Shown one piece after another: positions 50,153 to 63,249 of a DNA stretch of 64,000 nucleotides. Position numbers and translations under genes: made by a program. Source of the DNA: Camelus dromedarius (taxonomy: Eukaryota). Numbering within the stretch: position 1 is the first letter of the stretch; each line of letters begins with the position of its first letter. The DNA is taken from contig NC_087437.1 of assembly GCF_036321535.1 (NCBI RefSeq), positions 15,006,001 through 15,070,000 on the forward strand, in the 5' to 3' direction. The notes beneath the pieces are model-generated. The model was given only the letters and a program-made list of their open reading frames with translations, made no database searches and was not told the DNA's origin.

Positions 50153-51299
50153 ACAGAAAGAAAAGTGAAAAGCAGCCTTCATCTCTGGAAGTTTCCAGGG
50201 GACATTTCTTGCCCTCTTTTTAACTCACAGGGCTTTCTTGGAATGCCTTCCCATCTAGCTCCCTGGTTTGTTTGCCTAGAGTCTCTTCTTCTCTCATTGC
50301 TTCTTAAGAACCAGAGAGTGAGTTCCATGAAGCAGAGCTGAGGCTCCACTACTGAATCCCAAGGACCTAGCTCAGAACTTAGTAAATAGCTGTTGAATGT
50401 TTGAGTGAATGTCTAGAACCCAAATCAGAACAAATGTCCCTTTGGTTTGGAGCTCCAGGGACTGTAGGTCATCCCCCTGGCTTTATGGCTTCAGGCTCAG
50501 GGTCCCCTTCCAAACTCCCACCCGACTCCTGCCCTGGGGTTTTGCTCTCCTGGGAGACAGCATCCAGCACGGGGCTGAAGGAAGCTCTGGAAGGAGATGG
50601 CACTCCCAAGCTGCAGCTCTTCCTGCCTCTTGAGTGGTCCCTCCATAGAAGGGGTAGGGGAGGCACCCAACCGGGTAATCTTCCTCCAATGGGCATTTTC
50701 TCCTAACATCTGGTGCTGTCTTCCCATACCCTCGTGTGTTCCTGAGGAAATCGTCTGTGGCAAGACGAAGCAATTGAGGCACGACAGAAAAAGTACCATC
50801 TTTTAGGTGAGCCTGGGCGAGTCTCGTGCCTTCCCGGGCCATCCAGTCCATACATGAGACGGTGCGGCAATATGGGATGGTGGGAAGGGACACGAGTCCC
50901 TCTGGGCACCTCTCAGCCTCTAGGTCAGCCTGTGTGTTGTCTGTGGGCCAGAACGCTTGTGGGACTGTCAGAATTCTTCAGTTCAAACGACAAAACCCAG
51001 CTCCAACCACTTTAAACACAGGGGCATGGGCTGTAGCTGGAGCAAACAGTGGCATGGCTCACAGAATGTGGTCATCGTGCCGTGAGAGTCAGAGTTGGCT
51101 CCATGTCCCTTTCTTTCCCCACCTTTTGTCATTACTTGCCTCCCCTGATTTGGGGTCTTATTCTTAACCTGCCCTGAAGAAGACAGGCTTTCTCTAGGTG
51201 GCAAAAAGGTGTGAAACGTGGCCACCGTGACACTCAGTTTGGCAACCTTGCTAGAACAAGTTTCTCCCACATGGCATCTTTGTCTTCCATTGTTTGAAT

Positions 51300-51960
51300 T
51301 TTTTAAAGCCTCTTTTTGAGGATGTACAATGTATATGTAAATTGTGAAGAAAACCTACAATTCTGAATGCCCATTTACCCTCCCCCAGCTGGAGAAACCA
51401 ATATTATAAGATTTTGAGGCCTCTGTGGTTCCCTCCACTGCACCCCCTTCCCTGCCCAGTGCAGAAATCCAGACCCCCAGCTGACCCTTCTTTGAGTTTT
51501 ATCAAATTTGGATGAGTCCTTCAATAACACTTTGTTTTATTTGCATCTTTTGAACTCTATGTAATGGCGTCTTCTTTCCAATGACTTGCATTTTTCTTAA
51601 TATTAAATCTGTTCATGCATATAGCAGCAGTTTTTAAATTTTTCACTGGGATTTCGTACTCTGTCTTCTGCCCCAATTTTAAAATCATTTTCAGTGAAAT
51701 GTGTCCAGTTTAAAAATCTGAAATACTTAATGATAATATCTCACATAGCCATAGTACACTGGTAAAACCAGGAGATTAATATTGGAAAAATGTGCCCAGT
51801 TTTCTTTCTGCTACTACAAATAATGCTGCTGGGACTATTCTTTACTCCTGCGGGGAGTTGTTCTAAGCTACGTATTGAGGAGATAAACTGAGGCACAGAA
51901 CCAAGTATATGTTTTATCTTATGCCAAACTGTTTTCCAACTATAGCCCTCAGGTTAAATA
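51300..51960 (-). mobile_element. Degenerate L1ME-type 3' fragment
   Basis: T-rich; ctactacaaataatgctgct and atgccaaactgttttcca motifs. Confidence 0.5.
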
Positions 51961-52044
51961 GTTCTATGTCTTCACCTGTGTTTTTTATTTTCTTCCATAA
52001 AGTCTTGGCTATTCTCAGCTCTTTGCTATTATAAGCACTTTTAA

Positions 52045-53430
52045 ATTAAACTTTTACTTTTGAGATCCTTGTAGATTCACGAGTAGTTATGAAATAAGAC
52101 AGATCCCACGTATCATTTATCCGGAGTCCCTCAATGGTAACATCCACATCTTGCAAAACTACAGCACAACATCACAACCAGGACCTCGACACTGGTACAG
52201 TCAGGGTGCAGAACATTTCCACCTTCACGAGGTCCTTTTATAGCCACAGTCACTTCCTCCTGCCCCGCCCCCATCCTAACCTCTAGCAAACACTGAACCT
52301 TTCTTTGTCTCAGTAATTTTGTCATTGTAAGAATGTTATGTAAATGGGCTTATACAGTAGGTAACCGGTAACCTTTTGGGGTTGGTACTTTCCACGCAGC
52401 GTAATTCTGCGGAGGTTCATCCAGGTGGTGTGTATGAATAGTTGGGTCCGTTTTACTGCTGGTAGAATTCCATAGGCGGGATTACCGCGGTTTGTTTACC
52501 CATTCACCCATTGAAGGGCACCGGGTTATTTCCAGATCAGGGCCATTATAAGGAGAACTGCTATGAACATTCATGTACAGGTTTTCGTGTGAACATAAGA
52601 TTTTATTTCTCTGGGACAAATGCCAAGGAGTGCAGTTGCTGGGTCATATGGTAGCTGCATGTTTGTTTTTCAAAGGAACAGTCAAACTGGCTTCCAGAGT
52701 GACTGTCCCACTTCTCAGTTCTACCAGCAACGTCTGAGGGGTCCAGGCTCTTCACATCCTCACGAGCATTTGGTTTTGTCACTGTTTCCTTTTCAAGTCT
52801 TCTGCGAGGTGTGCATAGTGATATCCCACTGTGGTTTTAATCTGCATTTCCCTCATGGCTAATGACTGTGAACGTCTTTTCACGTGCTTATTTGCCATCT
52901 GTATGTCCTCTTTGGTGAAATATCTGTTCATGTCTCTTGTGTACTTTTTGATTGGATTGTTTGGTTTTTGCTGTTGAGTTTTGAGAGTTCTCTATATATT
53001 CCAGATACTAGTCCTTTGTCAGATACGTGGTCTGCAAATATTTCCTTCCAGTCTGCGGTTTGTCTTTTCTTCCTCTTAACCAGGATTTTTGCAAAGGAAC
53101 AGTTTTCAATTTTGCGGAAGCCCACCTATTGATTTCTCTCCTCTTGAGAATTGTGCTTTCACTGCCATGTCTAAGAACTCTTCGTTTTAAGCCCTAAGTC
53201 CCAAAGATTTTCTATGTCTTTTTCTAACGGCTTAAAAACAGATTTATGTTCTACATTTCAGTTCCTGATCCCATTTGAGTTCAATTTGTATGAGCAGCGG
53301 GACTTAGATTGGAGGTTTGTTTTTAGTTTTTGTTTTGTTTTGGGTTTTTTTGCCTATGAATGCCCAGTTGCTCCAGCATCATTATTGCTCTATCAAATTC
53401 CTTTTTGCACTTTGTCAAAGATCAGGTGGG
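52045..53430 (-). mobile_element. L1MC-type 3' end and ORF2 fragment
   Basis: caatggtaacatc...ttgcaaaactacagcacaacatcacaaccagg 3'UTR pattern; ORF2 peptide [34 protein letters not shown] on the minus strand. Confidence 0.8.
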
Positions 53431-54319
53431 TCTTGTTTCTGTGGGGGAGGGGGTGGATGTCCACTCTTCACGTGGTCTTCGCTGGTGCTGCAGGTGGGAG
53501 GCCCCCAGAGCGCCCCATGGGGACAAAAGGCCCAGCTCCCCTCTTGACCTTCTCTGACACCCCCATCCTAGCCCAAGGGTTGGGGCATGTTGATCTAGCT
53601 GTAGATATAATCAGCTGCTTTTGTAAATATTAAAACTAAGCCTTTGTGAATATTAAAACTTAAGAAAATGGCAGGTGATGTTCCTTAAAACACTCAGCTG
53701 TTCAGACTGGACATAGTTCTGCCTTTCTCTCTTTAAAAATGATAGGAGCCTTGGGGGTCAGTATTGTTTTTCAGTTTCTAACTTGCTGCTGGTGATGTCT
53801 GTGAATCTAACATGGCTGTGTAAGCTGTGTCCTAGTTACTGAGCAGTTTATACAGTGCTGCTTTGCCAAATACAGTCTAAAGGGAAAATAAATGGCCATG
53901 GTGGAAGTCCAGAGTCACCCTTGGACTTTGGTGGGGTAGGTAGGTGGTGGTGGGGAGACCTCACGGTTTTTTCTGTGGTGTTTGACTTAGAGTTTTCTCC
54001 CTTGCTAGGCTGCCTTGTTCCTGGTCCATTGACTACAGAAAACGAGCTATTGTTGGGGCTTTATTTTTGTCCGTGCTTCGTGGTGTTTGAGTCACCAGCT
54101 TCTTCAGCTCCAAGTCCAGGATATATGAGATAAAAAAGAAAACCCAAGGAACTTAGCACTGTGTCATTCCTCAGATCCCAAGGTCCAAAACTGGTCTACC
54201 TTCTTCCCTCCACCCTTTAGAGTTTTCTTATGTTTGTTTTGTATATAATACCTAGTTGTGCTTAGCGGGAAGAATAGGAAAATATGTTTACTCTACCTTT
54301 CTGCCTTCATTTTTAATGT

Positions 54320-54540
54320 ACATTTTATTGAAATATAACATGCATGCATAAAAGTCCACAAATCACAAGTGTACAGCTTAATGAATTTTTGCTGTGTAAC
54401 CACCAGTCAGATCAAGAAAAGGAATATTACCTGTACCCCCAGAAGTTTCCATCACACCTGCTCCCAGTCAGTAATCTGCTCCCGCGAAGGAAAGAACTAT
54501 TCAGATATTTCAGCAAAGATTGGTTTTGCCCAATTTTTTT
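54320..54540 (-). mobile_element. L1ME-type 3' end
   Basis: ttttattgaaatataacat...aaatcacaagtgtacagcttaatgaattt pattern. Confidence 0.6.
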
Positions 54541-54554
54541 TTAGCATTTTTGAT

Positions 54555-54866
54555 GTTTTTTTTTCCTTTTTAAAATTGAAGTATTGTCAGTTACTATGTT
54601 GTGTCAATTTCTGGTGTACAGCATAATGTTTCAGTCATCCATATACATAGATTCCTTTTCATACTCTTTTTTATTGTAGATTACTATAAGATATTGAATA
54701 GACTTCCCTGTGCTCTACAGTAAAAACTTGTTGTTTATCTATTTTATATATAGTAGTTAGTATCTGCAAATATCAAAGTCCCAATTTATCCCTTCCCACT
54801 CCTTTTCCCCACTGGTAACCATAAGTTTGTTTTCTATGTCTGTGAGTCTGTTTCTGTTTTGTAAAT
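54555..54866 (-). mobile_element. 5'-truncated cetartiodactyl-type L1 (3'UTR only)
   Basis: Reverse complement aligns by eye with the 3'UTR at 62500-62800 (ttatggttaccag, gataaattgggact, gcacagggaa, ttcaatatctt). Confidence 0.8.
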
Positions 54867-56199
54867 TTCTTTTTTCAGCGCAGACAGAAGACAAAATCTT
54901 TAGAATGGTCAGCCTCAATTCCTGAGCTCATTCTCTGTCCTTGAAACAGTCATCTCATATCCATGAGGCTTTGGAGGACACTGGGATGGAAAAGTAAATG
55001 CCTGGGTATCTGGGCAGCCTGCGTCTGTTTTTGGATCCCAACACAGCAAGGCTCTGATATTACCTTTGCCCCCCTGGAGCAGCCAAGCTGTTGCCGCCGA
55101 TTCCTTTCCTCCGATGGCAGAGGCCACCCATCATCTTCCGGGAAAGAGGACAGAGAGGAATGACAAGAACGTAACATCTTTCGTCCCACCTCCGTACCTG
55201 CCACCCCCACCTCAGACTGCTACTAATTTTCACATTAGTCACCCAGCTTCAGTCTCCCAGGGGTTGGTCACAGTGTTTCTATTAGTTCCTCCATCTCAAT
55301 TCTGTAATTTCTCTATCGTTGATTTTTTGGGGAGGCAACCAGAAGACCAGGCTAGTTCCCTAACTTGTATTCCTTAGCATTATTATTCATGTCCTCTTCT
55401 TCCTCCTTCTTCTTCTTTCTCTTTTTGTTTTTTCAATTTTAGGTTTGATTATAGTTTCCTTTTTTTTTTCTTTGCAAATTATCTGCGAGAGTCTTTCACA
55501 TTTATTTTTCTTTCTGTGCTCTTTCCTCTTGATTAGTCGTGACTTGTGTTTTTCTTGAATCGCCTTGATCCAATCCTTCTAGCAGTGAATCATTCATCTG
55601 AGTGAGGAACTGAGCTTCTCTCCCATCAAGTTCTCGCCACGGTCCATTGAAGTGGTGCTTCCTGGCTGCTTAACCTACAAGGTGGGTGAGGAAAGTGATT
55701 TTAAACTATGTATAAATTGGCAAGCACATTCAGTGCTGGGTGGCCAGAGAACTAAGCAGTGGGTGGATTGATGAAAAGTTGTTCCCACAAGGAAAATATC
55801 AGGCCAGTGATGGAGGAAGTCTAAATGAGTCCAAATATGGGTAAAATTTCTGCCTCATGGTCTGTGGCTGTCCTGTTTGCTGATTACTCTTCAGTAAAAG
55901 GGATTGGTTACTGTAAGAAGATTAGAAGATTCACTTATTGGGAATATAGTTAACAGAGGGCTCCATGTTTAATAGGATACCATAAGACCCACATTCTCTG
56001 TTGCAAGAATTTTCATATGGCTGTGAGACAGTTAGGGTGCGGCTCACAGACCTCCTTGTTGTGTCTGTGGAATGCTGCGATCTTCTCTTGACGGCTGGGA
56101 AATGGAATGAGACTAGAAGAGCATCTTAGAAGGATATGGCTCCCTGTTCTATGGAGGGTCTGAGTTTCAGTGTTATTACTGGTTGGATCAGTTGAGAAA

Positions 56200-56640
56200 C
56201 TGGTTGGATAAATAGATGAATTAATAGGATAAAAGGATCCAAGGGACATGAGATGGACTGATTTTTGACTGGGTGGCTTTGTGGGTGAATAGATGAATCG
56301 ATGAAAGTCTGGATGAGTGGATGTAGGTAGGTACATATCCATGTATGGGTGGATGGATGCTGGAGAAAATGAATGTAGATAAATGGATGGATAGGTGACA
56401 GGAGGGGTGGCGGGTGGACTGGCAGACGGAATAGGGGAAACATCTGGACAGATAAATGGCTATGTATATACATGTAAGTTTGCATCATGGGTGTGTGAAT
56501 GGAGTGAAGAAGAAGGAGGTAGATGGATGTTTGATGGGTAGATGGTGTAACAGATGGATAGAGACAGAGCTGCATCAGTGGGATTGATTGGTAACGAACA
56601 AGTGTGTAAGTGAATGAGGGCAGTGGGTGACAGAGAGATG
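56200..56640. repeat. Degenerate (TGGA)n-like low-complexity tract
   Basis: Recurrent gatggat/ggatgaat/gataga units. Confidence 0.65.
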
Positions 56641-58316
56641 ACAAGAGGGTGCGCTTTGAAATTAGGCCCATGTTTGCCTCTTTGACTTTGCGCCCTTGCT
56701 GTGTGACATTGGGGAAAATCTTTTTTATTTCTCGAAATCTTGGGAAACCTTTAAATATTAAGAAACAATAAATCATAGTAAGTTAGAGGAAAAAATTTAA
56801 GGGGAAATAGTGTAGTAGATAAGTACTACTGAGAGTAAAAACATCCAAGAAATAAATATTATTAACAGAAAGGGATAAGGGTCTTACTTGAAGTTAAATG
56901 TCTGTAAATCAAAGTGAAGATTTCAGGAGTGGAGAAGCTGTGTAAGGAGTTGGAAACATTGAACTCTGACGTAGTAGTAATATAAAACATTTTACAAGTT
57001 ATAGTTACAGACTAAAATAGAAATACTATTTATAGAAGAATATTATTATCCCAATATGTGATGACGTGGGGGGACAGGAAAGAAAGGCTCTGGATTTGAC
57101 GTCTTCATCCTTTACGTCAGGGAGTCAAGTGATAATGCCTACACTGAAGGATGAAGTGTAAAAACAATTACTCTCATCTCAGTGTGTTCCCTGCCCCCAA
57201 ATCTCTTTTCATAATTATAGAAGGATCTTTAAAAAAAAAAAAAAACTCTCTTGAGGTGAATAAATATTTATGTGAAATTTTACAATTCTTTCATTTTCCT
57301 TTTGATTTCTCTTTCATTCAAAATGAAATGAAATGAAATAATGAAATGAAATAATATAACCAGTAATGTATAAAAACAGTCGCATATGTATCACCATATT
57401 TCAATATATCTTTGTAGTCTTTCTGGAACACATGCATGAAATAATGTCTAGAATGATACCCTCCCAATGTAAATACTAATTATTTATGAGCAGTGACATT
57501 TGAATTTTTTTTAACCTCTATGCAGTGCTTGTTGAATAATTTATAATAAGTATGCATTCTTTTTTTCCAAAACTCGTCCTGGTTTTCCTTCATATAAGAG
57601 AAAATTTTTAAAAATTAATTCTCTGCTTATTTGAATCTTGTCATCATTACTGTAAGTAGTCTATTAGCAGGAGTGCTCTGCAAACTTCTAAGTTTAACTC
57701 TAGGTTTACTGTTACTTCTCTTTGGAACTTAACCCTTAATCTCAGGACATAGAAACATCTGCGCTTGTTTAACTTTGTATATTTGTTAGAGAAAAGTGTC
57801 ATTATTAAGATGCTTGTTATAAAAAACTATGAATATTTATCTAGAGTCGCAAATCATATTTGTGGTAGGAAAATGAATTTGCTCACAACCCCTTGACAAG
57901 TAATCCTTGACCGTGTCCCCTCCAACCTTGCTGTAATTAACCTGAGAGTATTTAAACTAAATAGAGTCTCTGGGCAATAAGAATTTTAATGGTAAGCTTT
58001 CTTTTCTAAAAATACTTATGCAAGAACTAGTAGCATATTCACTTTTCGATAAAAACATAGCATCTTTTTTATGACAATTATGGGGTTTGGGGCATAGTGA
58101 TGCCCAGTTCCCAGCATAGGGTGTCATTTCATGGGGGGGCCGGGTACACAGCAGACCCCAACCCCAGCTCCAGGCTAAGATTGTGCTTTACAACCACAAA
58201 GTTGTATAAAGAAAGGAAATCCTTCCTGTCTGCTGGCCAATTGGGTTGAAAACCAAAATTGTAGAAACTCTGTCAAGGGGAAGTTTTAAGAACACAGGTT
58301 TCTGGCTGAGGTGCAG

Positions 58317-58770
58317 TGTACCAGCTTCCTTCGGCGGCTGTGACAGATGACCACAGAGCTGGTCAACATTTGCTTGCACCAACAGAGAATAACAGCAGTT
58401 TCTTCTGACAGTTCGAGACGCAGCACTAGGATCGCTGGGCTGAGATGAAGACATCAGGAGGGCGGCACTCCGTTGGGAGGCTGCAGGGGAGAATCCTTGC
58501 CTCTTCCGGCTTCTGGTGACTGTCCGTGTGACTTGTCTCGCAGCCATTTCAGTCCAGTCTCTCTATGGTCCACTGCCTTCTCCTCGTGTCTCATCTTCCT
58601 CTCTCTCTCTCTTAGAAGGACACTTGTGGTTGTATTAGGGTCCACCCAGATAATCCCATAGAATCTCTTATGTTCAGATCCTTGATTACTGCTGCATAAA
58701 AGTAACCTTCGCAGGTTCTGGGATTAGGGAGAGGATATATTTTTGAGGGCCATTTAGCTAATCCCAGGGC
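58317..58770 (-). mobile_element. MaLR LTR, MLT1C/D-like
   Basis: ggagaatccttgcctcttccggcttctggtg...aaggacacttgtggttgtattagggtccacccagataatcc. Confidence 0.75.
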
Positions 58771-59349
58771 CTACGCTTGGGAAAGAGCTAGCAATGTTTT
58801 TCTCTTCTCACACTGCATAAATTAAGATTTCCATCTGAAAGCTGTGAATGTGTGAATTTACTCTGATCCGAGTTGTGAAGCCCTGGCCTGGGAGGTCTCC
58901 ATCACTGCCCCAGACCAAGGAAGAGCCCGGCTCTGCCCAGCAGCGCTGTGCGGGGCCCATGGCCTCTCTTCCTGAGGCCTCTCTGCAGGGAGAGGGGAAA
59001 GCCTCAGCCAGAGAAGATGCCCACGCTGGGGGCCTGAGTCTTTGCCCTTTTGGACCCTGGGTGAGGACAGGGAGGCAGAAAGGGACGTACTGATCCACAA
59101 CTGGCCATGCTGGGCTTTCATGCTTCCAGCCCCGACTTGTTTCCGCCGGAGTCAGTTCTGACCACACGTCTCTCTCCTTTTCCTGACTGTGCCAGGGCCT
59201 GGGCGGGCAGCATCGTTCACATTGAAACAATGGGGCCCACAGTTTGTGAGCCAGAACTGAAAGGGGGCGCTCGCTGGGGCTGTGTCAGGGTGTGTAGTCC
59301 CTCTCTGGATGTGCGTCCTCTGCTACGCACCCCAGGAAATCTCCATTCT

Positions 59350-59540
59350 TATTTTTTTTTATAGCCTTCTTTTTTAAATTTTGTTTTTCATTGAAGTGTA
59401 GTTGATTCACAATGTTAGTTTCAGGTATACAGCAAAGTGATTCATTTATAGGTATATATGCATATATATTTTTCCAATTCGTTTTCATTATATGTTATTA
59501 CAAGAAATTGAACGTAGTTCCCTATGCTATACAGTAGATC
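59350..59540 (-). mobile_element. Short cetartiodactyl-type L1 3' end
   Basis: ttgaagtgtagttgatt...caggtatacagcaaagtgattca...tagttccctatgctatacagtag. Confidence 0.75.
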
Positions 59541-60665
59541 AGTTTTAGTTGTAGTTGTATTTTTTATTTCCTTGATGACTAATGATATAAAGTACATTTT
59601 AATATACTTGCTGGCCATTTGGACATCCTCTTTTGGGAGGTACGTGTTCACATTTGCTGTCCATTTCTCTAATGGGTGCATCTTTTTCTTGTTTATGTGT
59701 ATAGGAGTTTTATGCACAGATTCTGGATACAATTTTTTTCCTGTTCTATAAATTGGAAATCTCTTTTTCTTCTCTGTGGCTTCCTGTTTCACTCTTTTAA
59801 TGGCATTTTTGATGAAAAGAAGTTTGTTTGTTTGTTTGTTTGTTTGTTTATTTAATGCAGGTACTGGGGATCGAACCCAGGACCTCATGCATGCTAAGCA
59901 TGTGTTGTACCACTGAGCTCTTTCTTTCTCCCAAAGGGTATTTTTTTTAATGCAGTTCAATTTATCAGTCTTTTTTTTTTTATTGTTAGTGCTACTTGAA
60001 CTCTACATGAGAGATCATTACCAGGGTCTTCCATTTCCACTTCCACTTTGGAAACAGGCAGCTTCTTAGAAAGTTAAACACACACACATGCTATGATCAA
60101 TTTTTACTACCAGGTATTTCTCCAAGGGAAATGCATCCACGAAAAGACTTGTGCCCAAATGTTCATAGCAGTTTTACTCATAGTAGTGAAAAAAAATGTT
60201 AACAACCAAAATACTCAGGTGAATGGGTAAGCAAATTATGGTCTATTCATCCAATGGAATACTAACCAGCAAGAAAAAGGAATAAACTGTTATGTATCCA
60301 CAATCACATGAATGAATCTCAGAACCATTATGCTAAGCAAAAAAAGCCTGGCACTTAAGAGTATGTATTGTGTGATCCCATTTACATGAAATTCTAAAAC
60401 AAGTAAAGTTATCTGTAGTGAAATAAAGCATATCAGTGATGGTTTACATGAGGAAGGAGGACGAGGTAAGGAGGTGATGGTAGTATTGACTGCAAAGGGA
60501 TATCAAAAAATTTCCTGGCGGTCATGGAAATGTTCTATATCTGGATTAAAATGATGGTTGCATGCTTGCAAACACTGGCCAAAACTCACTGAACAGTAAA
60601 TAGGCTTAAAATTACTGTCTTTTGTTGTATGCAGATTGTATGTCAATAAAGTTGATTATTTTAAA
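59541..60665 (+). mobile_element. Old L1 with an inverted ORF2 segment (59541-~60020, minus) followed by a sense 3' end (~60040-60665)
   Basis: Minus-strand peptide HPLEKWTANVNTYLPKEDVQMASKYIKMYFISLVIKEIKNTT; plus-strand ccactttggaaac...aatgttcatagcagtttt...caataaagttg. Confidence 0.7.
59823..59932 (-). mobile_element. tRNA-Ala-derived SINE (Vic-1-like) with an (AAAC)n tail
   Basis: Minus strand reads gagctcagtggta...cttagcatgcatgaggtcctgggttcgatccccagtacc followed by (aaac)n; nested in an L1 ORF2 fragment. Confidence 0.85.
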
Positions 60666-61449
60666 AGCTTATTTTTTATTGTTTCCAAGTTTTTGGTCTG
60701 ATCAATAGGAGTGCCACTAAGTGAGATGGGAAAGTTGGTGAAAGGAGGTTTAGGGAGCAATATGGGAGTTCTGTTTGGACCAAACCAACCCCCTGCAGTC
60801 AACTGTCTCTAGTGGCTTCAACCAGGCAGTCATCCACCTGGCAGTTATTTCTCAAACGCAGCCCTTTGCTCCTTCTCCTGGCCCCAGTTCTGGACCAGTC
60901 CTTTCCAACATTCACCTGGATTTCTGGTGGCTTAGCTTGACTCTTTAAGGGTGGGTGTATGCAGGTGATGTGGGGACCGCAGCAACCCTCCGAATAGAGA
61001 CCACCTGAAAGGGTGGTCTCTACTCAGCTCCAGTCCCTCAGTGTCTGGCTGGAGTGCTGGCCCAGGGTTTTTCCCAGAAAAAAAAAAATACCCAAGATAC
61101 AAAGTCTCCCAATGTTTGCAGCTAATTAAAAACATAAATGTCATGTGGGCTAATTAGAACCCATGTGTTGGGCCCAGAGACAGCCAGTTTCCAACATCTG
61201 CTTCTAACAAGGCACATTCTGGTGCAGGGATCCCACTCCAGCTGGTCTCATGCTAACCCCCAGCACTCTGGGCAGCTCAGCCAGGCCACTGGGAGCCTGT
61301 GGGTCCTGGAAAGCTCTGGACCCACTGGAGCATCTCAGCTCTGATCTCCTCTAATGCTAGTGCCCCCAGCAGGGACAATGACAAGAAGGAGGCCTCCTTC
61401 CTAAGAACCTAGCTTTGTCAGCCAGTCTCCCTTTCCCAAGTACACATCC

Positions 61450-63150
61450 AGAGCCAGCAGCCTTTTAAACCCAGAAGTCTGGCTGCATCTTGCCTCTTAA
61501 AAACCTGTCAGTAGCTTCCTGTCACCCACAGGCAGCACCCAGTTACTAAAAGAGTTGTACATGGTGGGCCCTCCCTCTAGAGTCTGCCTCCTGCTACACT
61601 CTGCCTCCTGCAGCTTGTAACTGTGCCACCTACCCCTGCCCTCCAGGCAAACACACCTTAAGCTTCCTCATCTGAGTCTTCACTCCTGCAGTCCCCTGTG
61701 CCCAGAACACCTTTGCTCTAAGTCCCCTGCTCAACAGACTTGCTCTATCCTTCAAGATTCAGCCGGAGGGGAGCAGCCAAGAAGGCAGAGTAGGACACTC
61801 TTAGCTCACCCTCTCCCACAAATACACCAAGAGAGACGTCCACAGACCCACCCGTTCACTCAGAACACCTGCTGAACTTTGACAGCGCATTGCTTTCCTC
61901 AAAAGACAAAATTCCTCACAAACCTGGCAGGAGAAAAAAAAAAGAAGAAAAAGGAAATTAGTGCAGGACTCGCCCTGCAGGGAGAGAGCGGCAAAGCAGG
62001 AATAGCGCTCTTACGCTGGCATGCCCCATCTGCAACGGGGAGGTCAGCGGGGATGGAGCGGGAAGCCGTGAGGCTTGGAGAAGTGCACGGCAGCCTCTTG
62101 GCTGACAGAACTAAGAGAAACGGGCACAAAGGTTAAAAAACTAAAAATAGACTTACCATATGATCCAGCAATCCCACTCCTGGGTATGTATCCAAACGGA
62201 ACTCTAATTCAAAAAGATACATGCACCTCAATGTTCATAGTAGCACTATTTACAACAGCCAAGACATGGAAACAACCTAAATGTCCATTGACAGATGACT
62301 GGATAAAGAAGATGTGGTATATTTACACAATGGAATACTACTCAGCCATAAAAAACAATGCCATTCGTAGCAACATGGATGGACCTGGAGATTGTCATTC
62401 TAAGTGAAGTTAAGACAAAAAGAGAAAGAAAAATACCGTGTGATATCACTCATGTGGAATCTGAAAAAGAAAAAGAAAAAAAGAAAGTACACTATGAACT
62501 CATCTACAAAACAGAAATAGACTTGCAGACATAGTAAACAATCTTATGGTTACCAGGGGAAAAGCGGGGGGTTGGGAACGGATAAATTTGGGAGTTTGAG
62601 ATTTGCAAATGTTAGCTACTATATATAAAAATAGATTTAAAAACAAGTGTCTTCTGTATAGCACAGGGAACTGTATTCAATATCTTGTAATAATCTTTAA
62701 TGAAAAAGAATATGAAAATGAATGTATGTATGTGTATGTATGACTGGGACATTGTGCTGTTCGCCAGAGACCAACACATTGTAACAGACTGTACTTCAAT
62801 AAAAAAATAAAATAAAATAAAAGCTAATTTAAAAAAGAGAGAGAGAGATTCAGCTAGAGCGCGCCTCCTCAGCTCCTGATCCCCAGTGCCCTTAGGGAAC
62901 TGGCCTGTATTACCTTCGTGTTACCACCGCATACCCCACCTTCACCCTGCATTTCGATCCACGCATCTGTCTGTCTACACTTTTCCTTCGTGGTACTGCT
63001 GCACCTGTAATTGATTATTAGCCAATTGCAGCCACACGATTTGTGAACCTTCTTGGTTATGTCAGTCTTCCTTCCCAAAGTGTAAATTGCAGGGGAGAAG
63101 GGGTTCTGTTTGTCTTGTTCACCGCCACAAGCCTAGTGCCCAGCACTTGC
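61450..63150. mobile_element. Old L2 3' fragment interrupted by the L1 insertion
   Basis: Removing the L1 rejoins atccttcaagattcagc|tagagcgcgcctcctc, which is L2-like; gggttctgtttgtcttgttcaccgcc...gcccagcac near 63100-63150 is L2 3'-end-like. Confidence 0.55.
61764..62845 (+). mobile_element. Internally deleted LINE-1: ~370 bp 5'UTR start joined to ORF2 C-terminus, 3'UTR and A-tail
   Basis: TSD agattcagc at 61755-61763 and 62846-62854; 5' end ggaggggagcagccaagaaggcagagtag resembles an L1 start (YY1 site CAAGATGGC mutated); ORF2 tail peptide DLPYDPAIPLLGMYP...KTWKQPKCP...WYIYTMEYYSAIK; A-rich tail. Confidence 0.85.
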
Positions 63151-63249
63151 CTGATGCGACAGGATGGGCGACAGGGTTCGGGATGTAGACTTGGGTTTCA
63201 CTCTGGTGCCCGCTCCTATCTCAGGGCCCAGGAGGTGCTCTAGAAACGA

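Noticed and set aside
59442..59960. 172-aa ORF as a novel protein
   Set aside because: Accidental chimera of a SINE, an L1 ORF2 fragment and an L1 3'UTR.
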